The notes under the pieces are model-generated. The model saw only the letters and a list, made by a program, of their open reading frames with translations. It was not told the DNA's origin and did not search any database. DNA of 63,083 bases, the filler included, from Platydemus manokwari (lineage: Eukaryota): assembly GCA_037951405.1 (NCBI GenBank). It is 5 parts of 5 records of this genome, joined end to end, with 100 filler letters (N's around TTAATTAATTAA, not from the genome) between each part and the next. Parts side by side here need not be neighbours in the genome. Positions count along the whole stretch, not along the records: positions 20,910 to 38,821 come from JBBMOY010655541.1; positions 38,922 to 51,227 come from JBBMOY010198894.1; 3 more parts are not named here. One strand, given 5' to 3'. Position 1 is the first letter of the stretch. Each line of letters begins with the position of its first letter. A program made the position numbers and the translations under genes. This document shows positions 27,500 through 40,464 of the stretch, in pieces.

Positions 27500-28035
27500 A
27501 TCGTCAAAATCAAACTCGATAGTAGGAAATAGGCGATGTGTTAATATTTCATAAAATGTACCTTTTTGTAGAGTCTTCGAGTAAAACAATGGAGTAAAAT
27601 ATATGTAATTCTGATATCCGACACAGAATGATCTTCTCCCGTGCTGTTATTAATTACAAAATCGTTTCCTATCCTTGTGTATAACATTTGTACCTTAACT
27701 CTCTCTGTAAATTGTGTTAAAGTGTCCGCGGTAATTTCAACTGCTACACTATATAAGAAGCGATAGGTCACTCGTAGAAATTTTTGCTTATAATGCTGGA
27801 ATCTATTATTCCGAAGAGAAATTCTCTCGGATTAAATTTAATCGACTGAATATTTTATTCACTGAGAGTATTTATTGTACACGATAATTTATTTGTCAGC
27901 GTTATTACGTGATAATATATTACGAGTGATTATTTTATGGATAATTCATTTTAATGGATTTTTCTTTAATGAGGATTTTCAAGTATTATTATTGTGATCA
28001 TTAAATATTTATCGAAGATAATTATTATAAATTTT
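27500..28035. repeat. Repeat family A copy
   Basis: acagaatgatcttctcccgtgct and cgtagaaatt are shared with 30066-30200; aatttatttgtc and ataattattataaat are shared with the 1230-2045 copy. Confidence 0.7.
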
Positions 28036-29749
28036 TCTACGAGTGACTCAACTCATCGTTGCCTATACAAGGCAGTTATTATATGCAGTTATTACAATAC
28101 GTGTTCAGGCTTACAGTACAAAATCGCGATAATACATAACATCGAGATTGTGAGGAGAGGAAGATCAATTGCATCAAGATCCGGAATCTATATATGTTCA
28201 AAACATGTAATGGAAGACTCAATGCTATAAGAAGATTAAGTAAAATTTTAAAGTGTAAAATCATCAACTATTCAAATCATCAACCTCATATTCTTCCTAT
28301 TTATCGGGTTGCATTCCAAGATCATTGAACACTATTTTTATTCCTTTTTGGAGTATATTAACCATAGATCTTCCAGAATTCTGCCCAAAGTTCTTTCCGT
28401 TTGTGTGTATATAAGTATATAAACCTACTGTAATAGCAGTTAAATTGCGTTTGGAACATAAGTGTTTTAATATTGCCGTTGGCAGGTGTCATACGGTCTC
28501 ACATAAATTCAGTAAATATAATCTTCTTCAAAATCATCTAATTATTCTTTGGTGAAGCGCAATGAAGCTAATTATGAGTTAATTGAAATTTTTTCAATAA
28601 TCAGTTTTTAGACGTTTGGGAAGCTCTGGTGTAATTAATATTTTACTTAAAACTACTTCAATTCTTTTCATATTCTTAAAACAAAAATTCAAAATATTTT
28701 TCATGAATATAATGAAACAAATTATTTATTTTTTTACTATTACACTTTACACATTAAAACTTTTATTTTAGGAATATCTTTCTTAACTTTAGTCGTTTAA
28801 AATTAAGAAAGTTTTCAGTAATAATAAATGGTGACTATTATTAAAGGTTAATTAATTTATTTAAATTTATTAATATTTCAGATCCATTATAATTTTTATT
28901 TATTTATTATGACTTGTTCTTATCTTAAATTGTATAGAATATTAAAGCCTGAAAGTGGTAATGAGGAAATAAACAGTGTTTCTCAAGTTTAATTGGTAGA
29001 AAGATTGTAGAACTCTTTAGACTAACAAATTTATTTCTTTTGTGTTGGCAGGAATTGAATTAATACAGATTGTTCCCAGTTTTAATAAGGGCTCCGTGTC
29101 TGACTGAAGAATAAAATTCATAAGAGCTCCTAACAATCCTCAAATATCTGTGGCGCGTTATAGTCAAACTGGGATGATATTATTCTTATCATTAATATCA
29201 GTTAGGATAAAATGTAACGGAAGTGCAATTAATATAACTAGCTAAGAAATATTAAAATTTAATTTAATTAAAATTTAAATACAAAATTTACATCTCGAAA
29301 CAGTAAATGCAAAAAGAATTGTACAATCGCAAAATTAAGTCAAAGTAGTGATTTGAGCTCTATTAAGAATTCTCTGAGAATAATTGGAACTGCATAATTA
29401 TCCTACTTATAATTAGACATCAATAGATACAAAAATATTTATATTTTGATACTTATATATTTTGGATGAATGATAATTTAGGATAATAAAATAACATTTT
29501 CGTATCAAGTATTATTTGAGAAATTATAATCGATTTAAGAGATTTAGTTTCGATACAAATATCATAGAGCAAATAATGTTTTAATAAATAAGCTGGGTAT
29601 TATATCTATCATATTTACCATATTGGATAAAGAAATTGCAGAGTGTTTAATTTTTTTGAAAAGCCTTGCAACAGAGTTGATCTGTACTTTAAGGAATCAA
29701 TAAATTAACGTTTCAATCAATATATCATGGATTATGTTATGGATACTTG

Positions 29750-30465
29750 ATAGTAGCTACAATAACTAAAGTTTATTACTAAAAATATCAATGATACAAA
29801 TTGGCTACTAAATAAAATAAAAATTACAAGCTGATTTTAATGGTACACATACACTAAACATTACGACAAACCTTAACAATTCCTGGATAAAGCTAACGAT
29901 TAATTTACGGCACATGCTTGGAGAAAAACATTTAAGATATTTGAGAAAATGCTCGATAACTTAAGTTAAAATAACATGTAATATTGATCAGCAATTTATG
30001 AAAATGTATCTTACTGCAGGGCCTTGAGTAAAATGCTGGGGATAAATGGAATCCCTAACTCGGAAACAGAATGATCTTCTCTCGTGCTATTCTAATTTGC
30101 AAATCGTGTCCTGACTCTATATATAACAATTGTGCATTCCATAACTATGACTGCTGCCTTATATATATACAGCGATTAGTTATTCGTAGAAATTCTCTGC
30201 GATTATTATTAAAAATCAAATATTTTTTGTCTTTTTGTTGTAATTTATTATCGCAGAAAATAAATAGTCCACAATTTATTTGTCAGTACTATTGGCCGAT
30301 ACGAGTTATTTCTTATATTATTTTATGGGGAAATTTATTATAAAGGAAATTATAATGGATGTTTCAGATATTATTGTATGATAATTATTATAAATATCCG
30401 ATATTTTATAAACATCATTTTTAATTAACTGACTTTACAAAAACTTTCCAGAAATTGTCACATTT
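29750..30465. repeat. Repeat family A copy
   Basis: Colinear with 1230-2045 (atacaaattg, taaaataaaaattacaa, cctggataaag, gactgctgc, aatttatttgtc). Confidence 0.75.
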
Positions 30466-32479
30466 TAAAAATAAATATTAGTCAAATTCAAGTTAAAAGG
30501 AATATAATAAAAATTGATACATAGGGCAAATGTCTCGTCATGCACAATAATTAAACTGAGACATCATTTCATTCAAAACTTGGTTTAATTTAGTTATTTT
30601 TTCAAAACCCTGACATAAGGTGAAAGTTTTTTTAATAAAAAAATTATTAATCCAATTTAATTATAAGTAGAATTGTATTAAAGTCATCTATTTATATTTA
30701 TATAGAGAAGTTAGATAAAAAATGAGATTTGTTTTAATATTAAAAACAAACGCTCGTGATTTTTAAATAAAAATAAAAGATTGATGGAAACAACTTATGT
30801 TTTTACTGGCGATCACAAATATTCTTATTTCGTGTTTTAAACTATTTTTTGGAACTATTGTTAAGTTTAGAACTACTCTAACTTAACGGCTTGGTCTTAT
30901 CCTACTTTCCTAACTCCTATTCAATTTTCAGTGCACGCTAAGTAAAAACAGCTACCTGATTAAGTTATATTTATATGACATTTTACACCGATAAATAACA
31001 TTGAGGTATCACAAGTCCCTTAAGAAGTTATATTAATAAAACTAGGACTAAGTTCTGATAATTCTGTCGAATACCTTGTCTCAGAATCTAATATTACACA
31101 ATAATTATTTGCTATACTGATTAGCGCACTGCTAATACTAAAACAAAATATTTCTAAGATACTTTTACTCCCGTACAACTACACTTGTCTTAGAGCAATC
31201 TACTATAACAGAAATAGCATCTTACTCTTGAAGTTTTCTGCTTGAATGAATGAAAGTAAAGAGGTAGCTCGCTCTTTGTATACTTATTTTCACTATGAAC
31301 ATCTATTCTATGTGCGTCCTGTTCATACTTAATGAAAATTAAGGTGGTATAATTTTACTCAAATCAACAATTTATTATCGATGGTTTAAGGTTTTTTTAG
31401 GAGTAGATCATTGATATTTCTATCAAGGATCAGACAACTATTAGATAATTAGGTGCGTGTACTAAGTCAAAAAATTAATAACGATAAACAACATAATATT
31501 TATATTCATTATACTACAAATTAATAAATGTTCGATGTTAGATTTTTGAAATAAGCAAGTGTTCTAACCTCAAGTTAAATATTAATCGACGAAGAGAAGT
31601 AACTACACTTTCATTCGATATAAAAACAATAAAACGATAATTTAAGGGTTCCAGCAACTTCCTTTTGGATTTTGTGAGAAAATGATATAGAAATTTTTAA
31701 CTAATCTTTCCCCGGAGATCGAAAAGAATTGCAAGAAAATAAAATATGAATAATTTACTACGATAATTCCGACATGATAACTGAAACAAAATATATGAAC
31801 CAAATTCATGTGAATAATGTTCACTAACAATGTCAGCGTATAAGTCTGAATACTGTCTTCATATATGAGTATGAGATGCTTTCATGTTAATGAGTACGGA
31901 TATGAGATCACTCGATTATGGTTATAAAATTATTTTGTGATGTTCTTGTTTTTGTTTTGTCTTTCAGTATTTCTCCATTGTGAGTGTTTTGATTCATTCT
32001 AAGTTCCTTTGTAAATTTCTATATTTATTTAGCATGTTGGCATAACGATTTATCTTTAAGTTTTAAAATTATATAGATTTTCATAAAATCACTACGGCAA
32101 CGGAAATTATTCATGGTGGATAAGCTAGTGACTTGAATTTTATGTTAATTATTTATTTCTACAATAAAAATAATCCATAGTTTAATTTATTTATGTATTA
32201 TACCGATCATGTCTCTCCCTTTATGATTTTCGTCACGAAAATCAAAGTATGAAAAGAGAAAGTCAAGACAGGTGATACACTACACATGTTGGGTTTTGAG
32301 AAAAAGACATTATTTTGCATGAAATTTTAAGTGTATAAAAGTAGTCTGTTATTGCTAATTATATTTTTATTCTTTTTATCTTTTATCTTTCCGGACAAGT
32401 GGATTAAATGAATTCTTTAATAATATAAATAGCCTTATAAATAAATTAAAATTATTAAAGATTAGAACCATTTAATCAA

Positions 32480-33308
32480 CCCAAAATAAAATTAACCCTG
32501 CAAATTTTCACCTAACAACTAAAAAATAGCCCTTATAAAAAATACCCTGAAATAAAAATAGCCCGCATAAAACAAGATCGAATAATGAAAATCACCCGCA
32601 TTAAAATAAGTTACCCGTATAAATTCGGTTGGCAACAAGAAATAAAACCCGAATAAAAATAAATTCCCTTACTAAATAATAAAGGAAATCAAATTTCACC
32701 CGCATTAATGGACTGACAACCTGCAGTCAAAAGATATTCGTTCAGATTAAAATGAAAAGAGCCCTCATTTTAATCGAAAATTCATCATCAATAAAATCCA
32801 GTATAATTAGGCCTTGCCCATTCGAAAAACCGAAACCACTGGCGTAGTGTGCCCGAACTCAAAATAAAGTTGTTTGTTGCCAATTCGAAGAAGTCGAAAG
32901 CCATCATTTGGCGTTGCCATTTTATACCCAGATTTATCTGGAAGAAACACTTTTAACGATTGTTTACCGAATTCAATAGGAGATTGCGCAAGGATAAAGT
33001 AAGATCAATTCATATAAAATCATCGTTTATCTACACCATAAAAAGACGCATATTCTTCTTATTTATAGGGCTAGGCCTAAATACCTTTAACGAACGGTTC
33101 TACCTCTCTTGGAGGCATTGTTACCGCAGCTTGTCTGGAATTGTGCTATAATTTTCCATCGTTTCAGTGTATAAAAGTATTGTTATATTTAAACATACTT
33201 GTTATAATCGTATAAAAGTAGTGCTAGTTGTATAAAAGTAGTTATTTTTATTTTGTTAATTGTAATAATTCATATTAATAAACTTTTATCAAAGAAATTG
33301 TCTCCACA
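32480..33308 (+). repeat. Solo-LTR-like segment with periodic AAAAT-N-CCC(G) subrepeats
   Basis: About nine A-tract + CCC units at 32480-32710; gcatattcttc(c/t)tatttat is shared with ~28290 and ~39400; AATAAA at ~33277; ends ...CCACA. Confidence 0.45.
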
Positions 33309-33462
33309 AATCATTTTCAGTAAAAATTATCATCATCAAAAATCATCTTATCACCATTTTGGCAAGATATAGTTAAGTGCCATTAGGTTCCACAAATCAT
33401 TTTCAGTAAAAATTATCATCATCAAAAATCATCTTATCACCATTTTGGCAAGATATAGTTAA
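33303..33462. repeat. Perfect 74-bp tandem duplication with 12-bp spacer
   Basis: 33303-33376 is identical to 33389-33462. Confidence 0.92.
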
Positions 33463-33499
33463 AGCAGTTAACAGTTAATAATAATATAAATCATTATAG

Positions 33500-33700
33500 C
33501 AATATCTAGAGCCACCCATCCCGTCTCCATACGTGGATTGGTGTGATCGAGGCGAAGAAATATCAAAATATTAGGTTTAGTGATTACCTATAGGTCAGAC
33601 GGACTCAGAGAGCTGATTAGACTCAGATATTGCCAAACCAAACAAAAAATTCAAACTTTGAAATTCAAATAAAATAAAACCACATACCCCCGAAATCATC
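33500..33700. repeat. Repeat family B copy
   Basis: tcgaggcgaa...cggactcagag...(t/a)agac is shared with ~39040-39220 and ~39895-40075. Confidence 0.7.
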
Positions 33701-33924
33701 AATAATATAAATTTCAATCTATTTTAACTAGCTCATCAAATCAATAATCATAGTTAATTCAAATTTTAGATGGAACTATCACATATGTTGGGGGTTTGCC
33801 CAAATAATTAATTCAGATTAAAACTATGTGCTACATTGTATAAATTTTTATAACAATCATATTTTTTTATGTGTGACAATACGTATGATATGCATTATTT
33901 ATTATTATATTCATTTTTATTTAA

Positions 33925-34455
33925 TTTTTATATCTTAACAACTCTCAGAATATTTGAGTGAAATCAGTTTAACATAGTATAATATATTAGTATTTATAAT
34001 AATTATTAACTGTAAATATCTGAAATAATGATCCCTAAAATCCCCATTGAAGAAAAATCACATTAAATTCCTAAATATTAGGTTAATAACAACACGAAAC
34101 ATGTTATCGCGCGATAACATTGACAAATAAATTGCCATCTATTATCGCGCACATAAATTTATTCACTGAATAAAATTCTTAGTCGCTTTAATTTAATCAG
34201 AGGAAATGTTTCTTTGTATAATAAATTTAATCGTAGAGAATTTCTCTCTCCGGTAAATAAATTCCAACCAGAAAATAATAAATACACTGGCATTAAATTT
34301 AATCGAAGAGAAAATCTGCAATTGATTCACCACTGCCAATATAAAGCAGCAGTCACAATTAACACTTCTACAATAAGAAGACGCAGTTACACGTAGCATC
34401 AATTGTTATATTTTAGGAAAAGACATATTATTTTTCATTCAAGAACCGCATATTT
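33925..34455 (-). repeat. Repeat family A copy, inverted
   Basis: The reverse complement aligns by eye to ~1580-2045 (ttgaatg.aaaataatgtctt, cgtgtaactgcg, gtgttaattgtgactgctgc, agagttg.taa.atataaaaa). Confidence 0.8.
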
Positions 34456-34939
34456 AGTAAATTAAATAAGTCATATAAGTGGAAACTAATGGTTAAGTTA
34501 GTTGAAATTGTTACAGAGCATGATCAATAAACCCAGCATCAATATCAGAAGATCAAACCAAAACTCCAATCATCCCAATCAACCTCTAATCAAAGCCTAC
34601 AATGCAAGTGGAAACTCGGACTATTTCGTGATTTATTGACCTAATCTGGCTCTTTTGACTCTTATTAATTTTTGCATGATTTATTTGTAAATTTTTTGAA
34701 AATTCTTTTTGTAAAGGTTATTGTATAAAAACAATAAAAAATTATCAAAGAGCAAAAATTTATATTTTTGAAATAATATGCAAAAAAACTATTTTTAGAA
34801 AAAATTATGAGAAATAATAATAATATCATGAAAAAATGAATGAAATAAATAAAAAGAAAATAATTTTTTAATAATAAATCCCATAAGAAATAATAATTGG
34901 ACGAGATAATAAATAATAAAATAATCTCCATAAATAATA

Positions 34940-36400
34940 ATATAAATTATAAATGCGGCGAAAATTGATTATTGAAAATGTGGGCGTATTTGTGGACGAA
35001 AATTGGAATTTTAAATGTAGGAGACAAAGAAAAGATTATGAATAATATGAGTGAAAAATAAATATGTAAAATAATTTTAAAATTCAATAGACAAAAAAGA
35101 AAATAATAAACAAAAACGATTATTCAGAATCCGTCCTAAAAATATAATATAAGGAATGGCAAAATCATAAGTTTCACTCTCACTAACAGATATCTAACTG
35201 CGACTTAGCTTAGAAAAATTATTAAAGGCAAGAAACATAAATAGAAGGAAATATAAATTTATTAAAAAGCGGAAAAAGAACAAAAATGTGTGAATTTTTA
35301 AAATTATATATATAAGTCTAATAACCCCAACAAAATATATCACTATTGCCACATCTATTGTTCTTCACACAATAAGATTGTGCAAGTTGAAGATTCAACA
35401 ACATAATGTAGATTACACCTGTAGCCTTTATCAAGAGCTCATAGAGACTGATTAAGACAATGGTGACATTAAGTAGATTTGAGCTTAATAAAACAACAAA
35501 ATCACTAAGGCAATATTTGGTTCTCCAAGTGAGGATAAAATCATTTCAAAAATAGCTAAAAGCTAAATACTATAACCAAAAGTATTAATCAAATAATTCG
35601 TAATAAAAAAGCAATAATTGGGCAATTAAAGAACCAATAAAAAATTATTTAATAAAACATCAATTAAACAAAACTAGAATCTCTGGAAGTCTTAAAAAGA
35701 TTGAAATTGACCTGAAATAATAGAATTAAAAGTAATAATTAAAAAACTTAGAAAATACCTAAGCCTTTGAAAAGCTGCTGGAAAAGTGAATAAAATAGGA
35801 ATAGTGGTAATAGTAGTGATTATAAAAATAATAACTACGATAGAATAAGAGAAAGGAGTAAGAGCTCATTTGAAAGAAAAGAATATAATTTAGAGTTGGC
35901 AAGATGTATATCAATATGATAATTTAAGTAAGGAGCAATATAAAAATCATCATAATCCAAGAGATAGAAACGTTGACGAAAATAGAAATAGTTTGAGCGA
36001 GACAAAGATAGTGCCATATGACAAAAATAGGAGTCAATTAAGAAAATGTTAATTAAAAGGAATCATTTGAAATAAATGCTTTGTGCGAACATTTCAAATA
36101 CTCGAGTTAAAATTATAGTTGAAGTATCGATACTCTTTGCAATTCTAATATATTTGATATGGTTGACACAATTTAAAAATTATAAGAAAAAGTCAAAAAA
36201 TTCTTTATTTGAAATCCCATAAATATTTCTACAAATAATTTGAATAAAGCAAGTTCGATTAGTTTTTCAATGAATTAAAATATGTGAATACAATAAAAGA
36301 TAGTTCCTAGAATAACAGCATGTTATTCTGGGGTTGAAGCAAGAAACTCAGGCACCAAACTCCTTTTCTAAACATTTGGCAATTGTGTTAAGCTGAATGT
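34940..36400 (+). mobile_element. Possible degenerate gag-protease region of an LTR retroelement (contains a family D copy)
   Basis: KCGE...CGRICG and HTIRLCK knuckle-like pieces; SIDTLCNSN protease-like piece; many stops. Confidence 0.3.
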
Positions 36401-36598
36401 TACTCGTACCCTCATAGATACACCCTGAAAACAATCCAATTTTACAATGAAAACTATTAAACTAATAACGTATAAGATACGGATACCGTTCAATGATGAT
36501 ATTCGTGCAAAGTCAAAAACGGAATATAAATAACAAGTAATTTTATGTAAAAGCCGCAGTCGGTTAATATCACGTATCCCGTTTGTAATTGAAATCAA

Positions 36599-36600
<2 letters not shown>

Positions 36601-36644
<44 letters not shown>
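36601..36644. repeat. Compound (AC)14(AT)n microsatellite
   Basis: Directly visible. Confidence 0.95.
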
Positions 36645-38249
36645 CCTAATTAGAATTAAGTTATCTACATATTTTCACTTATATTTTCAATAATATTACT
36701 AAATGAAGTGAATGAAAATATTTGGTTCCTTTTACCTTAACTATACTAATATTTAAATTTCAGACTGCTTTTAACAGATTCTTATTGGTATTAATGATCT
36801 GTTAAACACATTATGATCTTAGTGAGAACTCCTGTAATCAAAAAGTTTGTCGTTATAATTATTATTTGATGACGCAGAAGTCCATGTTCAAATATTATTT
36901 TAATATTATTATAATTATTATTTTCATTTGTTATTTCTAAAGAATTGTGATTTGCATCATTTCTTTATTTATTAAAATCAATAATTTTTTAAAATAATTT
37001 AAAAATTATTCATGAATGTGCTTTTATTTGGAAAAATTTTCATGGAGCCTATAAGAGAATAAATTTATTGCAAAATAACACCTGTGAACATCTAAATTTA
37101 TTTTTGTTTTTCACTTGTTGCTACTAGTCGTAGCAATATCATCTAAATTATCCATCATTTAACCAACAATAATATTGTTTGACATCTGGGGATTTTATAA
37201 TAAATTGAAATTTGAAAGATTTTAAAACCAAAGTTTCATAAAGAATTTATTTCTTTAAATAATGGAAATTTCAATATAATTTTGTGTTATGACTTTTCAT
37301 TTAGTTCCCAATAAGTGATTTATTAAATGGAACCGGCTTAAATGTCTACTGCACATTTTGAAAGCTTATTTGTGAAAGTCTATGATGTTGAGTAAAGATG
37401 AAATCTCAAAAAAAAGATTTAAAAAAACTTTAGCATTGCATCACTACACAGTCATTCAGGCATAGCAACGGACCAATCACAACTGACTTAAATGGAAAAT
37501 TCTAATTAGCAAAATGAACATGACCAATTTCGACTACCACTTGAAAAATAAAAAAGAAAATTAAAAAAATGATTCAAAAATTACACACAAATCTCATTTA
37601 TAAATACCAATGTAAAGATGCTCTATTCCCAGTTCGAAGTCAAGTTTTATGTTGTTGTTTGATATTGATTTATGAAATTTTTGCTGAATTTTACAATCAT
37701 CATGTGTCCTTGTAAATTAGTTAGATTTAATGAAATTTAAATTACAAGTTTTTATTCTTTTGGAAGACAACAATGCTATGAAAGTTTATAATTGAAGGAG
37801 ACAGATATAAAGAAGATATAAATTAAAGATAAGAAATAGAACTTTCCATTGAGATGAATACATAGAGAATTTGATAGAGTTAATTAACAATACATAGAAT
37901 AATAAAGATTTTAAAGATAAGGAGTGTGAGGATTTTAAAGTAGATTCTATTTGAAAGATTTTAAAATAAGATTTTTGAAAAGATAAACAATAATTTGGTG
38001 TCTTGACTTTTTAGTTCATTTATGAAATAGTAGCAGCTTGCAAAGCACACATATTTATAAAAATATCAATTTATTTTATTTATTTATACAAATATTAAGT
38101 TGTTAAAAATAATATTTTCATAGAGGTTTAGATAATATTTTTTTTAATTAAGATAATTTTAATTTGAATAAATTTAAATCTGGTATTTATAAAACTAATA
38201 TTTTTAACAATCTGAACATACATTATCCGTTTAATCCAAGCTATATTTA

Positions 38250-38690
38250 ATAATCACGAAAAAATTTCTTCATCTTTTAAAATATTAATTGTTGAAAATT
38301 CTGATTGTGGCAAAACACAATTACTTTTTCAAATGTTATTATCCCTTTACATTTTAAACTGCAAAAACTGTATGAAATTCACTTAGACTTGAGCAATAAG
38401 TATATTAAATTTCACTTAAGGTTTTCAAAAACGATTTAAGCAAAGAAATTATTAATAAAATATTTGATGAATAAAGTGAGTTTCATAAATATTTTGTTTA
38501 GGTTATATATTGGTTGTTATTTACAGAATACATGCTCAAAGGAGTTGATAAATCTCTAACAATAACGCTGTAATATAAACCTAATAATATAAAGAACTAT
38601 TCTGAATAATTTAATAATTTTTGATGATTGTCGAGAAATCATGAATGCATAGAGGAAAAGATTAATAAAATATTTTAATTTAGAATATCA
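38250..38690 (+). mobile_element. Polinton/Maverick-type (A32-like) packaging ATPase relic
   Basis: SFKILIVENSDCGKTQLLFQMLL (decayed Walker A), LSKEIINKIFDE, and NLIIFDDC (Walker B, ~38608-38630); frameshifted. Confidence 0.65.
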
Positions 38691-38821
38691 GTCAAGATTT
38701 AGCAGATGATACTACAGTCCCTGGTTATCAACATATTGAACGTGTAATCCCCACCGTTTTTATTTCCCAAAATGGGTAAACAAATCGACAGTATTTAAAA
38801 TTACAGATCAAAGCAATAGTT

Positions 38822-38921
38822 NNNNNNNNNNNNNNNNNNNNNNNNNNNNNNNNNNNNNNNNNNNNTTAATTAATTAANNNNNNNNNNNNNNNNNNNNNNN
38901 NNNNNNNNNNNNNNNNNNNNN
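38822..38921. other. Artificial contig spacer
   Basis: Same 100-bp linker. Confidence 0.97.
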
Positions 38922-40075
38922 TATATCATTATCATTCATCACCAATTTTGGGAGTAATTTTGTTGAGTAGAGACTGATAAAACGAGTGAGGAAAGTAGTA
39001 TTAAAATCAAAAAACGAAGTTTAAATTCAAATATCGATTTCTACGCCGATCCACTTATCTCCATATAAGTTGCGATCGTCGAGGCAAATAAATATTAAAA
39101 CGTATAAGGTCATAATACTACATGAAGATCAAGTCGGACTCAAAGTACTGATAAGACATAGAATTCGATCGATCAAAAGAGAGAATAATAAAAACCATAA
39201 AGTGCGTGACCCCCAAACGTATCAATTAAAACTCACAATACAAAACCACAAGAACACGATAGGCAGATTTTTACAAGGACCCGAACGTAACATCGACGAT
39301 TCATTGCCGAGACAGGGATTAGTATATGCCCAGTATTTTCTACTGGAAAAACAAATAGTAAGATAATACATTTAAAATCGTACATTCAATTATATATAAC
39401 GCATATTCTTCCTATTTATCGAGCTGACCTCTAAAAATACTCTGAAGAAACGGTCACTGGCCCAATAGCACGAAGGGTAACTGTTGGTCCTCAATCTGCT
39501 TCCCTGAATTGTATATAAATCCCGTCACTTAAGTTTATAAAAGTAGTTGTATAAAATCATTGTATATCGCAGTAATTTATATTCATTTTTAATAATTCTA
39601 TATAATTGTCATATAAGTAGTAATTTATAGCCTTAATTGTACAAAAAATAGTAATTCATAATTTGGTGTATAATTGTAATTAATAATAATCATTGTTATA
39701 CAAACATTGAGTTGGGTTTTAAATCTACCAGTTGGCCTAGGACAACACAATTTCATTATACATAAATTTCATTGTCATTCATAACCTTTTAAAATTATTC
39801 TAGTGCATTATTAAATGAGACTGATAGTATAAACCAATAATATCAAAAATCAATACCAAAAATAGGACGATAATAGAGACAATTACCAAAATAAAATCGA
39901 TTTATACACCGATCCGCTTATCATTATATAAGTTGCTATCGTCGAGGCGAAATAACGTCAAAACATATAGATCATATTACTACCTAAGGGTCAATACGGA
40001 CTCAGAGTACTAATAAGACGCAGACAAAAATAATAATAAAGAATAAAAAGAGAATGACACCCAAAACGTAATACT
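38922..40075. repeat. Two tandem diverged repeat family B (LTR-like) copies
   Basis: ccgatcc(a/g)cttatc...tataagttgc(g/t)atcgtcgaggc...cggactca(a/g)agtact(g/a)ataagac occurs at ~39045-39160 and ~39908-40020. Confidence 0.75.
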
Positions 40076-40464
40076 TACTTGACATCATGAATTTCATCTG
40101 AAAATTCAGAAAAATATTTTCTTTAAAAGAAGTACATGATTAATTGCTTTGATAAAATAAATTTGCATTTTTGCATATTGAAAAAGTCTCATATCTAACA
40201 ATAAGAAGTATGTGATATATACTATTATCTGAAACACTGGTGAAAATCATAAATTAAATAATAAATAAATTGTATTCCTAATAACTTAATTCATGTTCAT
40301 AAATTAAATATTATTCTTACAAATTTATTTTTATTAAGATAATTTTGCAATAATTTTGCTTAATAAAATAGTTTACGTTTATTAAATGAAAACAATAGAA
40401 TAAGAATCATTGTTCATTCGCGTTTGTTTAATTACAATATTTGATAACCTTCATTTTCTAAAAC

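Noticed and set aside
33303-33462. CRISPR-like repeat-spacer-repeat
   Set aside because: Only two 74-bp units with a 12-bp gap, in a eukaryotic context with no cas genes.
36368-36628. ORF starting MCVCVCVCV
   Set aside because: This is the translation of the (AC)n microsatellite.
37300-37720. Faint transposase-like pieces (ALHHYTVIQA, IIMCPCK), and similar hints at ~22500-22950, ~43200-43500 and ~52650-52770
   Set aside because: The motif resemblance is too weak to call without a profile search.
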